A stretch of DNA of 64,000 nucleotides. Origin: Polyangiaceae bacterium. Its GTDB lineage: Bacteria > Myxococcota_A > Polyangia > Polyangiales > Polyangiaceae. The DNA lies in assembly GCA_965222375.1 (NCBI GenBank), contig CBDCTZ010000012.1:352001-416000 (forward strand). The letters are read 5' to 3'. The translations under genes and the position numbers were made by a program. Positions 9,925 to 18,853 of this stretch are shown one piece after another (within the stretch, counting starts at the first letter, position 1; each line of letters starts with the position of its first letter). The notes beneath the pieces are model-generated. The model made no database searches. It was not told the origin of the DNA and saw only the letters and a list, made by a program, of their open reading frames with translations.

Positions 9925-10167
9925 GTCTCGCCGTCGCCGAAGCCAGGGCAGCCGAACTCTTCGGAGGGATGAAGCTGTCTTGTCTACAAGTCACGGAGAA
10001 GGAGAGCGCCGCACTACTCGCGCGGCGCTCAGAGTTTGCGCCCTCAGGCTGAAACTCGGCTAGCAGTGCACGGACGCGTTGCAATGCGACCTTTGTGCGC
10101 TTACTGGAGCTAGCCCAAGGGCGAGGCAAATCCGGTGACGAAAGCGAGCGCTATTCATGGGTGTGGC

Positions 10168-11961
10168 TTACCTCTGGAACTTGGCGGCCATGGCCAGGCC
10201 ACCCTCACGTTTGTCCGAGTATGCGTAGGCAACGCCACCGTGCAGCACGATGTTGTTTGCGTCACCCATGGGGATCGTCTTCTTGCTGAAACGATGACCC
10301 CGCTTGGCAAGGCCCTCGAGTATCGCTTTGGGGGGCTTGCGCCGCCGCTCGAAGCGCGCCTCGTCTGGGACGAAGCCGTGGTGGAGGCGCGGCGCATCGA
10401 CCGCGTCCTCGAGGCGCATCTGGCCATCCGCCAAGTTGAAGAAGACCTGCGCGATGGTGCTCGGGATAGTATCGCCGCCAGGCGACCCCAGTACGGCAAC
10501 CAGTTTGCCGTCTTGAGACACCAACGCGGGAGACATGCTGCTGGTGGTGCGCTGGCCGCCCGAGGGCATGTTGTCGCCCATGCTCGCAAAGGACCCGACG
10601 GAGTTGTTGAGCACGACGCCCGTTCCCTTGGCCACGATCTTCGCACCAAACCCCGCGGACAGTGTGGTGGTCAAGCTGACAGCCATTCCGTCGGCGTCCA
10701 CGATCGAGAGATGGGTCGTGTGCTCCAGTTCCTTCAGTGCAGCTTCGAAGAGCGGATGAATGTCTTGGGAAGCCGTGGCCCGATCCGTGTGGATGGGATG
10801 TGCCTTCAAGAGCGAGTTCGCATCCAGCCAGGAGGCCAGAGTCTTTTGCCGTTCTGCGGCCGGCAGAGAGTCCGGGTCTCGCACGGAGAAGCGACGCCGA
10901 GTTTGCGCGCGCCGGGAACTCTCCAAGAAGAGGTGGAGGAAGTCAGCCGACTCACGCGGGTGTTGCCATGCGCGTAGTCGCTTCATTTGCTCGATGATCA
11001 GGCCGAGGGTGACGCCTCCAGCCGATGGCGGGGGCATGATTTCCAGGCTCAGGCCGCGGTAGCCCACCCGGCTCGGGGTGCGGATTTGGGCTCGATACCC
11101 GGCGAGATCCGCGTGGGTTAGAGCGCCGCGAGTGGCTCGCTCGATTCGTCGTGCGACGGCCCCGGCGTAAAACCCCTGAGTGCCGTGCTCTGCAATTTCA
11201 TTCAGGGTCTGCGCCAGGTCCGGGTTGACGATATGATCCCCGGACTCGAGGGGCTTGTCCCCCTTGCCGAATATCTTTTTTGCAGCTGGGTCCTTGCGCA
11301 AGCTGCGCCAGCTCCAGCCGATGCTCAAGCCCGCGCGGTGGCCGACGCGATACCCCTTTTTCGCCAGCCTGATGGCTGGGCCGAGCAGGGCCTTGCGTGG
11401 TAGCGTCGCAAATCGCTCTCGCGCCAGCTCCATTCCCGCAACGGTTCCCGGGACGCCCACCGCGAGAGGCCCCTGTGCGCGGGCCTCGATGATCTTGCGA
11501 AAGCGTTCGCGATCCAGGGCCTTGGGCGCCACTTCGCGAAAGTCGATGGCCACAGCGGCTTTACCGGGCTGCTTGATCAAAGCGAAACCCCCGCCGCCGA
11601 TGTTGCCTGCGCTCGGGTGCGTCACCGCCAGCGCATAGACGGTTGCGATTGCTGCATCCACGGCGTTGCCCCCGGCTTCCAACATCTTGACACCAGCCCG
11701 GGTGGCGTTCTTCTCCACGCTGACGACGACGCCGCCGAGCCCTTGAACGCTACGCGGCCCGCCGGGTTGGATGCTCACTCTCGGGCCGGGATCCGGCGGA
11801 GCCGGAGGCGGCGCAGGACTGGAACTGGTTGACGCGGAACTTCGAAGGTTCTGTGTCGGTGTTGAACGCGCCTTCTTGCCACGACTCGCTTCTTTCGACG
11901 CCGCCGTCGTGCACGCTGTCGCGGCGACGAGAAGCAGTACGCTACACCGTCGCCAGCTCAC
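10168..11961 (-). CDS. ggt: Gamma-glutamyltransferase (lipoprotein)
   Basis: GGNAVDAA, SAGNIGGGGF, IDFREVAP, VGVPGTV, nucleophile TTHLSIVD, SSMSP, GSPGG. Confidence 0.95.
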   Translation of the reverse strand: MSWRRCSVLLLVAATACTTAASKEASRGKKARSTPTQNLRSSASTSSSPAPPPAPPDPGPRVSIQPGGPRSVQGLGGVVVSVEKNATRAGVKMLEAGGNAVDAAIATVYALAVTHPSAGNIGGGGFALIKQPGKAAVAIDFREVAPKALDRERFRKIIEARAQGPLAVGVPGTVAGMELARERFATLPRKALLGPAIRLAKKGYRVGHRAGLSIGWSWRSLRKDPAAKKIFGKGDKPLESGDHIVNPDLAQTLNEIAEHGTQGFYAGAVARRIERATRGALTHADLAGYRAQIRTPSRVGYRGLSLEIMPPPSAGGVTLGLIIEQMKRLRAWQHPRESADFLHLFLESSRRAQTRRRFSVRDPDSLPAAERQKTLASWLDANSLLKAHPIHTDRATASQDIHPLFEAALKELEHTTHLSIVDADGMAVSLTTTLSAGFGAKIVAKGTGVVLNNSVGSFASMGDNMPSGGQRTTSSMSPALVSQDGKLVAVLGSPGGDTIPSTIAQVFFNLADGQMRLEDAVDAPRLHHGFVPDEARFERRRKPPKAILEGLAKRGHRFSKKTIPMGDANNIVLHGGVAYAYSDKREGGLAMAAKFQR

Positions 11962-12773
11962 TTCGCCTCCAACTTACCGCGCTGTAGCAGTTTGGTCTCG
12001 CTCGGGAGTAATCGAGGGGGTGGGGCGGGAAGGGGCTGTCCACCCGCTTGCAGCTGAGCCTGGTGAATCTGATAGCGCAGTTGGGTCGCTGCCATCTCGA
12101 GCACGACCCATGCGGGAACGAGCCCAACGCAAAGAAACGTACCGCCAAGGGCCAGCAGCAAGCCAGCGAGGGGAAAAAATAGCGCATACGCACGAAGGGT
12201 CTGACCCCAAGCTGCCCGCGCCTGCGGCCAGACTTGGCCGCTGCGAAGCGCCTGTCCCAAACGCCCGGAGATCTCAGCTCGGGTCAGCACGGCGTTGCTG
12301 ACCAACAGAACCCACGCGGACAGACCGGCACCGAGCGCGAGCCCAGCGCCGAGCAACACGAAAGCCAGGGTTCCGCCGGCGAGGAGCGTTGCCCAGAAGC
12401 CGGCGTTGATCAGGGCGATGGATGCTAGGACACTGAAGACGACCGCCGCCATGCAGGCGAGCTGCACCGCTGCAGATGGCCACCCGCGTCGCAGATGGGT
12501 CAAGAAATCTGCGAGGCGCAGACGCGGAAATGGATCCGGGTGATTCTTCATCATTCGGGCCATTCCCTCGCTGGCCCAACCACGAATCGCGACGAAGCCC
12601 AACACTGGAACCAGCATCCATAGGCAGGCCACCGCGATGCGCGGCGCCCAGTTCTGGGTCTCGAAGGGTTGCGTGACCGCCTGCATCACGCTGACCGACT
12701 GTGGCCCCGCCGGTCCTGGAGCCGGGGCGTCCGGCACCCCCAAACTCGGCTGGAGGTCGAGCTCGTCGGGCAT
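11958..12773 (-). CDS. DUF4013-like membrane protein (divergent paralog)
   Basis: Same layout as the upstream gene (W...LVPVLG...GW, four hydrophobic segments, LRYQ); coupled to ggt. Confidence 0.65.
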   Translation of the reverse strand: MPDELDLQPSLGVPDAPAPGPAGPQSVSVMQAVTQPFETQNWAPRIAVACLWMLVPVLGFVAIRGWASEGMARMMKNHPDPFPRLRLADFLTHLRRGWPSAAVQLACMAAVVFSVLASIALINAGFWATLLAGGTLAFVLLGAGLALGAGLSAWVLLVSNAVLTRAEISGRLGQALRSGQVWPQARAAWGQTLRAYALFFPLAGLLLALGGTFLCVGLVPAWVVLEMAATQLRYQIHQAQLQAGGQPLPAPPPRLLPSETKLLQRGKLEAK

Positions 12774-12780
12774 GCCAGTT

Positions 12781-13602
12781 TCAGTACTGATAGCCAGCGT
12801 ATTGCGCCGTCCGCTGTTCCGAGGGCAGGGGAGTCACCGGCTTGAGTTCGATGGGCGTCCCGCCGCGCGCCAGATAGTCGTCATAGACTTGAAAGCGCAA
12901 GTGCATGGCCGCAATCTGAATCACGGCGGCCGCCGGGTACATACCAATGTAGCAGGCGATCATTCCGATCAAGATGATGCCGATGGCGACGAACATGAAA
13001 AGGAAGTTCTTGACGATCACTCGCCAGAACGTGGCTTTCGAGTAGGCGAGGACGTCGCCCGGACGAATGGCTTCGCTGAAATTCTCCGTGAACTCTGCCC
13101 GGGTCTGTGCGGCATTGACGAGGACTCCCATCGCCAGCGCCATCGCCAGGGCGACGAAGCCAGCCAGGACGCCGACCAAGATGCCGATAGCGGGCTCGTC
13201 CGTCGCAGCCATGACGCCAACAACGGCAACCGCGACCGCTGCTGCCAGTCCGTAGAAGACGATCAACATCGGAATAGTGACGACGAGCTGGACCAGGAAG
13301 ACCGACAGCCCGCGCTTGATGTATTCACCAAAGTCGGAGAACTCCACATAGGGAATGGGTTGGGGATTGCGCCGCGCTTTGCGTTGCATGACTTCGCACA
13401 TCCAACCGGCCAGCGCGATCGGCCCGACGATCGGAATGATCATGAAGATCAGAGCGAAGAGCACGTTGTGCTTCCACTCTGGATCTTCGAATACATCCTT
13501 CACTGCGCCGATCACGCTGATGCCGCTAGCGGCGCTGGGACCGGGGGCAAGACCAGGATCAGCGGCTTGAGCAACGGGGTCCGGATTCCAGGGTGGCTGC
13601 AT
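12781..13602 (-). CDS. DUF4013 family membrane protein
   Basis: WKHNVLFALIFMIIPIVGPIALAGW...FGEYIKRGL pattern; multiple TM segments. Confidence 0.75.
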   Translation of the reverse strand: MQPPWNPDPVAQAADPGLAPGPSAASGISVIGAVKDVFEDPEWKHNVLFALIFMIIPIVGPIALAGWMCEVMQRKARRNPQPIPYVEFSDFGEYIKRGLSVFLVQLVVTIPMLIVFYGLAAAVAVAVVGVMAATDEPAIGILVGVLAGFVALAMALAMGVLVNAAQTRAEFTENFSEAIRPGDVLAYSKATFWRVIVKNFLFMFVAIGIILIGMIACYIGMYPAAAVIQIAAMHLRFQVYDDYLARGGTPIELKPVTPLPSEQRTAQYAGYQY

Positions 13603-13675
13603 CGCGGGGATGGTAGCAGAGCGCCCTCACTCCCGGGCTAGATCCCGCCGCAGCCCTGACAATCTCCGCTCCAGG

Positions 13676-13737
13676 GACGACTCCGGTACCCCACGGCCCC
13701 ACGGACGACGACTCCAGTACCCCACGGCCCCACGGAC
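13676..13737. repeat. Intergenic 31-bp tandem duplication
   Basis: GACGACTCCRGTACCCCACGGCCCCACGGAC twice, one mismatch. Confidence 0.9.
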
Positions 13738-13913
13738 CGACCCAGCGGCTGTGGATGTGTACTTGGACCCATTGCGGGAACAGCGCTGCAGTGACGCCCC
13801 AGCGATGCGACCCAACCCAAAAGACGGAACATCAACTCGTTCCACGCCAGCTATGCGCTGCGGCGGCCGCCCCGGGCCCCTCGCGAGGGGCGGATTTGCC
13901 CTATGCTCGGGAC

Positions 13914-14423
13914 ATGCACAAGGAGTTTCAGCCGCTTTGCGTTGCCGTGGTGACCGTGAGCGACACACGCACTGCCGAGACCGATACGAGCGGGGGGCTT
14001 GCGATTCAGTGCCTCACCGAGGCTGGCCATGACGTGCGCCACCGCGTCATCGTGCGCGATGATCTCGAACAGATCCGCGCCGCCCTGCACGGATTCATCA
14101 AAGACGACGGCGTGCAGGCTGTCGTGGCGACGGGCGGAACAGGGATTACGGCGCGAGATGTCACACCGGAAGCATTGGCTCCCTTGGTGGACAAAGCGAT
14201 TCCGGGCTTCGGAGAGCTGTTTCGAATGCTGTCCTATGAGGACATCGGTCCAGCGACGGTGCAGAGCCGAGCCGAGGCAGCCCTGTGCAGCGGCACGTTG
14301 GTGTTCGTGCTGCCCGGTTCGACGGGAGCGGTGCGCCTGGCGATGGAGAAAATTATCGTGCCACAGCTCGATAGCCGAACTCGACCCTGCAACTTCGCCG
14401 AGTTACTGCCTCGAGTGAGCTGA
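13914..14423 (+). CDS. moaB: Molybdenum cofactor biosynthesis protein B (MoaB/MogA family)
   Basis: [44 protein letters not shown]. Confidence 0.92.
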   Translation: MHKEFQPLCVAVVTVSDTRTAETDTSGGLAIQCLTEAGHDVRHRVIVRDDLEQIRAALHGFIKDDGVQAVVATGGTGITARDVTPEALAPLVDKAIPGFGELFRMLSYEDIGPATVQSRAEAALCSGTLVFVLPGSTGAVRLAMEKIIVPQLDSRTRPCNFAELLPRVS

Positions 14424-14441
14424 GCGTCGACGCCAGAGTCA

Positions 14442-15401
14442 TCAGGCTGAGACGACGTAGAGTTCCGAGTCGTGCTCTGCCCAGGCTTGGACGTCGGCAA
14501 CGGGGACGCTGACCACGGGTACGGCAAGAGCGCGCGCTTCGCGGACCACTGTGGGAGCTCCTTCGTAGCGAGACGCGGTGACGAGTAGATCGGCGGCGGC
14601 AATCCATGTGAGGCATTCGTCGCGCGGGAGTTGGCCGAGGAAGCGGGCGGCGGGGAAAGAGCGTTCGAGTTCCTTGCGATCCGGTCCATCTCCGATCACC
14701 ACGACACTCACGTCTGGGAGCAAGAGGGCGGAGGCAATCGCGGTGCCCGCGCGTTTGCTGGGAACCAAGCGCCCCACGATGAGCGCTACCTGGGTTGCGG
14801 GGCGTAGCCCCAGGCTGCGCCTGGCGGCTGAGCGCTTCGGAACAGCGCTCAGATCGATGGCGGCAGGTTCGACGCGTGCGGATGCGAGTTCCGGCACGAA
14901 GCGGGCAATGGCGCGACGTTGTTCACTGGATACGAAACGAAATGTGGCTCCGGCCTCGAGGAGTTGCCGCACGATGGCGCGGGCAAGGGGTGTGGGAAGG
15001 GCCATCAAGAGGCGAACATCGGTTCCATGTCCCACGACTTCCACAGGTGCGTTCACTCCACTGCAAATGGGCCAGGCATTGGGCAGAACGAAGTGAGCCA
15101 CCACACGATCGAAGTGCTCGCGCTGGATCCGCCTGCGGCACTTGATGACGAAACCGAGCGCGGACAATAGCCGCAGGGGGCGCTCCCGAAGTCGCGCAAT
15201 CGCGCCAGGTAGACCAAAGGCATCCCCGGACTCGATCCAGTGGATGCGCACACCGCCTCGGAGCGGGGGGCCGCTGCCGGGAGCGAATACGTGCACCTCA
15301 TGCCCCTCCCGAGCCAGGGTCGCGGCCTCTGCAGCAACGAAATGCCCACTCGGATCTTGTGGGGCCCGGGGAAAGGACGTGGTGACGACCGCGATCTTCA
15401 T
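14442..15401 (-). CDS. Glycosyltransferase family 4
   Basis: IAVVTTSFP, HGTDV, VGRLVPSKR, IGDGP, EGAPTVVREA. Confidence 0.88.
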   Translation of the reverse strand: MKIAVVTTSFPRAPQDPSGHFVAAEAATLAREGHEVHVFAPGSGPPLRGGVRIHWIESGDAFGLPGAIARLRERPLRLLSALGFVIKCRRRIQREHFDRVVAHFVLPNAWPICSGVNAPVEVVGHGTDVRLLMALPTPLARAIVRQLLEAGATFRFVSSEQRRAIARFVPELASARVEPAAIDLSAVPKRSAARRSLGLRPATQVALIVGRLVPSKRAGTAIASALLLPDVSVVVIGDGPDRKELERSFPAARFLGQLPRDECLTWIAAADLLVTASRYEGAPTVVREARALAVPVVSVPVADVQAWAEHDSELYVVSA

Positions 15402-15817
15402 GTACGGGGCAGGCGGCCCAGGGCCTCCAGGCCTTCGGCACCGTGCTCCTCCAGTAAATCGCCGAGGCTGCGCAGGAAGCGAAAGCTGTAGATCCCGCTG
15501 GCATGCCCATCGCCCCAAACCAGGGAGACTGCGTAGTTGCCCACCTTTTCCAGCTCGCGGATTTCCAGATTGGTGGGGGGCTGGAATTCGATCGTCCCGC
15601 CGTGGCCCTGGCAGCCCGCGCAGGGGCAATAGCCCCGCAAAATCCTGTGTGGAAATGAGGAGTTATGGCCGTCAGCCCAGGTGATGCTCATTTCTTTGGC
15701 GCCGTGGGGGGCGCGGATACCCCGAGGGGCCTGTCGCGGTTCGATAGCCACCACGGCCAGGTGTGGCGCGCGCAGCCCCTGGTGTAAAGGGCTGAAGGGC
15801 CGAAAATTCCTTGCCAA
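15398..15817 (-). CDS. DUF971 / GBBH N-terminal-like small metal-binding protein (true start may be about 60 nt downstream)
   Basis: ITWADGH..LRGYCPCAGC, VGNYAV...WGDGHASGIYSF. Confidence 0.88.
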   Translation of the reverse strand: MARNFRPFSPLHQGLRAPHLAVVAIEPRQAPRGIRAPHGAKEMSITWADGHNSSFPHRILRGYCPCAGCQGHGGTIEFQPPTNLEIRELEKVGNYAVSLVWGDGHASGIYSFRFLRSLGDLLEEHGAEGLEALGRLPRT

Positions 15818-15849
15818 GGGAGGCCGGCTCTGTCAGAACCCGGTCCCCC

Positions 15850-16080
15850 GTGGCGAATCCCAGCGAAGCAATCCAGTGCAGGGCTCTCGAAGTCCAGGTC
15901 GGTGACAAAGGCATCGAGCGTGCGATCAAGCACCTCAAGCGCAAGATGGCCGCAGAGGGCATTTTGCGCGAGCTCAAGCGCCGCCGCCACTACATGAAGC
16001 CGTCGATCAAGCGCCGGAAAAAGATGAGCGAAGCCGCGCGCCGCCGCCGCAAGCGTCAGCGTACCGATCAGCTTCCCTGA
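15850..16080 (+). CDS. rpsU: 30S ribosomal protein S21
   Basis: IERAIKHLKRK..EGILRELKRRRHYMKPSIKRRKK..EAARRRRK. Confidence 0.93.
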   Translation: MANPSEAIQCRALEVQVGDKGIERAIKHLKRKMAAEGILRELKRRRHYMKPSIKRRKKMSEAARRRRKRQRTDQLP

Positions 16081-16201
16081 GTCGCTCTGCGGCAGATTTT
16101 TGCGGAAAACGGGCGACGGCGCGCGGGCGACGGGCCTTCGGTTGCGCGCGGAGCCTCAAATTCTGGGCCAGTTTTGCGGCTCCAGCTAGGTTCGTCGGGT
16201 C

Positions 16202-17497
16202 ATGCCGGCCGCCTCCGCCCCCGCTGATGCCGAAGAATGGCCAGCGCCCCCGATTCGCCTGCGCACGGTCATCGCCTTGGCGATCGTTGCTCTCGGCGCC
16301 TGGTGGGGCGCACCCCGTGCCAATGCCGCCTGGGCACTGCATTCCAAGGCGACAGCATTGGCGGATTATGCCCTTTGCATGGTCGGGCCGACCGGCCCTC
16401 CACTACTGCGGGACAATCCAGCGGAGTTCAACAAGTTGGTCCGGCGTCGCGTGGTTGCCGCCCGTGCCGACGAGCGCCCGTTCGAGGAATGTGCGAAGCC
16501 CGCCTTCGATGTCACGGGCTCCGTGGAGATCGAGCGAGCGCACCGCGCAACCGCGTGGAGTTTCGCGGAATACGGCAGCTTCGACCGAGATGGCAAGCCG
16601 ACCCGCGGTAGGGTCAACGTGGCCTCGCTTCGGGTGACGACGCGACCCGTGTCGGAGTTGGCGAAGCAGGCCTGGCCCTTCGTGCGCAGCGGCTACACCA
16701 AGCTGGTCCGACCCAGCCTCAAAGCTAGGGAGGCGGTTCACCCCATCGAACTCGCGACGCCCGCGGTAGGTCGCGGTTTGCCTGCCTGGCGTGCCTGGTA
16801 CCGAGGGGTCGCGAAACGCGGCGACGCCTTCGTGGTGGCGGTGGGCGCGGGCGCCAACTTGAGCGCGTATCAATCCAAGGACGGCGGCAAGAACTTCAGC
16901 CTCGCGCCGGTATCCTACGCGGCGGGTTTTTCTGGGCGTTGTGGTTCTGGCGAAAACGGCTTTCGTTTCTCCTTGAGTGAGGATGGTGCCAACGTGCAGG
17001 TCGTTTCCGGCGGACCCGACGGAGATTCGGCTCCGGTGGCCTTGGCGCGGGCTCAAGCCGAGGTGTTCGCGTCTAGTTGTGACGAAACGACTTTGATCGC
17101 CGCGCTCAAGGTCAAGGGCAAGAGCGATGTGGCGTTGCGCATATGTCAGCATCGGGGCGAGTGCGCTGCCCTCGAGCTTCCAGCGTTTCCCGGGGTGGGA
17201 CTGCGGCCGCGATACCCCCTGGACATTTTGCGTGTGGACGGAGTGACCGTCGTCGCAGTGGTCATGAATCGGATCGTTCGCGTCACGTCATCCCGGGACG
17301 ACGGGCGAACATGGACACCGTACATCGTCGCCTTTGATGCGGTGGCCCATCCTGAAGTGCGCACCGACGCTCCCGCTCCCGGCCGAATGCTTGCCCTCGG
17401 CAAACGCGTGATGCTGTACGGTGGTGGAAGCAAGCCGGCCCATACCTACCCAGTGCTGTTCTCGGACGACTACGGCGCGAGCTGGCGCTCTCGCTGA
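16202..17497 (+). CDS. Membrane-anchored protein with Asp-box (BNR) repeats
   Basis: N-terminal TM segment; SKDGGKNF, SRDDGRTW, SDDYGASW. Confidence 0.7.
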   Translation: MPAASAPADAEEWPAPPIRLRTVIALAIVALGAWWGAPRANAAWALHSKATALADYALCMVGPTGPPLLRDNPAEFNKLVRRRVVAARADERPFEECAKPAFDVTGSVEIERAHRATAWSFAEYGSFDRDGKPTRGRVNVASLRVTTRPVSELAKQAWPFVRSGYTKLVRPSLKAREAVHPIELATPAVGRGLPAWRAWYRGVAKRGDAFVVAVGAGANLSAYQSKDGGKNFSLAPVSYAAGFSGRCGSGENGFRFSLSEDGANVQVVSGGPDGDSAPVALARAQAEVFASSCDETTLIAALKVKGKSDVALRICQHRGECAALELPAFPGVGLRPRYPLDILRVDGVTVVAVVMNRIVRVTSSRDDGRTWTPYIVAFDAVAHPEVRTDAPAPGRMLALGKRVMLYGGGSKPAHTYPVLFSDDYGASWRSR

Positions 17498-17919
17498 TGT
17501 TCGTCTACGAGCGTGTGGTTCGGTTCCACGAGGTGGACGCAGCCGGGTTGATGTTCTTTCCCTGCTTCTTCACCTATGCCCATGAAGCCATGGAGCAGCT
17601 ATTTTCCCCTGTGGAGGGCGGCTATGCGGGGCTGATCCTGAAGCGCCGAGTGGGGCTACCAGCTGTGAAAGTGGATGCGAGCTTCGCCTCGCCCTTGCGC
17701 TATGGGGACGCGGTTCGGGTCGAGGTCAGTGTCAGTCGGCTTGGCACGCGAAGCTTCGAGCTGACCTATGAGTTTCATCGTTCGAGCGATGATGTGTTGT
17801 GCGCCACGGTACGTCACACGGTCGTGAGCACGGACTTAGCGAACGTGGCGAGCACGGATATGCCTGACGATGTACGCCGGGTAGTCGAACAACATCGGAT
17901 CCCGGTCGAGCCAACCTGA
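17497..17919 (+). CDS. Acyl-CoA thioesterase (4HBT/YbgC hotdog fold)
   Basis: VRFHEVDAAGLMFF, F.SPLRYGD; TGATG coupling to the upstream gene. Confidence 0.9.
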   Translation: MFVYERVVRFHEVDAAGLMFFPCFFTYAHEAMEQLFSPVEGGYAGLILKRRVGLPAVKVDASFASPLRYGDAVRVEVSVSRLGTRSFELTYEFHRSSDDVLCATVRHTVVSTDLANVASTDMPDDVRRVVEQHRIPVEPT

Positions 17920-17940
17920 GTCCCAGCGCGCGGACGGGCT

Positions 17941-18708
17941 CTACTGGGAAGCTGGGAGTCGAACCGCAATGCGTGCCAATGCGCGGCGCACCCAATTGGG
18001 GTGTGCGCCGCCGATGCCGTGGACGGGATCGGCCTCCGCGGCCAAGATCGTCAAGGCGCGGACTTGAGTCCGGGCCTGGTCCGCCGCGGCCTCCTGACCC
18101 AGTCGTTCACGCTGTACCAACAGGCGGCGCCAGGCCACCAACGCCGCGGCCCAGCTCTGGGTGGCGACGTGCCAGGCAGCGAGTTGAGCCAAACGCGTGG
18201 TGTTGTGCGGTTCGCGCTCGAGGGACGCCTCCATGTCCCCGACTGCGCCCTCGACGTCGCCGCGCCGGTAGCGCAGGCGCCCACGCGCAGCCAACGCGGC
18301 CGCACCTGCAGCGGGCAGGCGCAGCGCCATCTCGTACACCCGCTCGGCCTCGCCCCAGTCGCCCAACGCGGCGCGGAGCTCTCCCAGACCGAGATAGGCT
18401 GGCCCAAAACTCGGGTCCATCCTGACGGCTTCCGTGTACAGCCGTAGGGCGTCGCCGGTGGCTCCCCGGGCTCGAGCTTGTCGAGCCCGATCGGACAGAC
18501 CTCGCGCCGCCCGGGTAGCCCAGCTCTCTTTGGCGAGCGCGCGCCGCGGCGCTGGCGTGGCCGCGGGCTTCGGAGCTTGGGCCTGGGTTGGTGGCGTGAC
18601 CTTGACGGGTGCCGGATCGTCGAATCGGGCCGTTGGCGGAGCCGCTTGCGCGGCCGTGCCGAACACGATCGTGGCGGCGAAAATCGCCGTGGCGATCAGC
18701 TTGGACAT
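17941..18708 (-). CDS. Secreted TPR protein
   Basis: Signal peptide ending AQA; TPR repeats such as ALRLYTEAVRMDPSFGPAYLGLG. Confidence 0.8.
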   Translation of the reverse strand: MSKLIATAIFAATIVFGTAAQAAPPTARFDDPAPVKVTPPTQAQAPKPAATPAPRRALAKESWATRAARGLSDRARQARARGATGDALRLYTEAVRMDPSFGPAYLGLGELRAALGDWGEAERVYEMALRLPAAGAAALAARGRLRYRRGDVEGAVGDMEASLEREPHNTTRLAQLAAWHVATQSWAAALVAWRRLLVQRERLGQEAAADQARTQVRALTILAAEADPVHGIGGAHPNWVRRALARIAVRLPASQ

Positions 18709-18822
18709 GACTCGGCGGACAACACGCCCAAAGTAGCACGGCCGTGGCCAGATCGCCGCGGAGGTGCGTCCCCCGGCCCACGTCCAACTCGCGTTTCGGG
18801 GCGTTTCATAGGGGTTGCGTTC

Positions 18823-18839
18823 CAGGCACGCCCATTGCT
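18823..18839 (+). promoter_or_regulatory. Sigma-54 -24/-12 promoter for alpha-2-macroglobulin and pbpC
   Basis: CAGGCACGCCCATTGCT = GGCACG-N4-TTGCT, 15 nt before ATG 18854. Confidence 0.55.
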
Positions 18840-18853
18840 GACTGCCCCACCAA

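Noticed and set aside
13676..13900. CRISPR array or Moco riboswitch upstream of moaB
   Set aside because: Only two abutting repeats with no spacer and no cas genes; no riboswitch structure recognisable by eye
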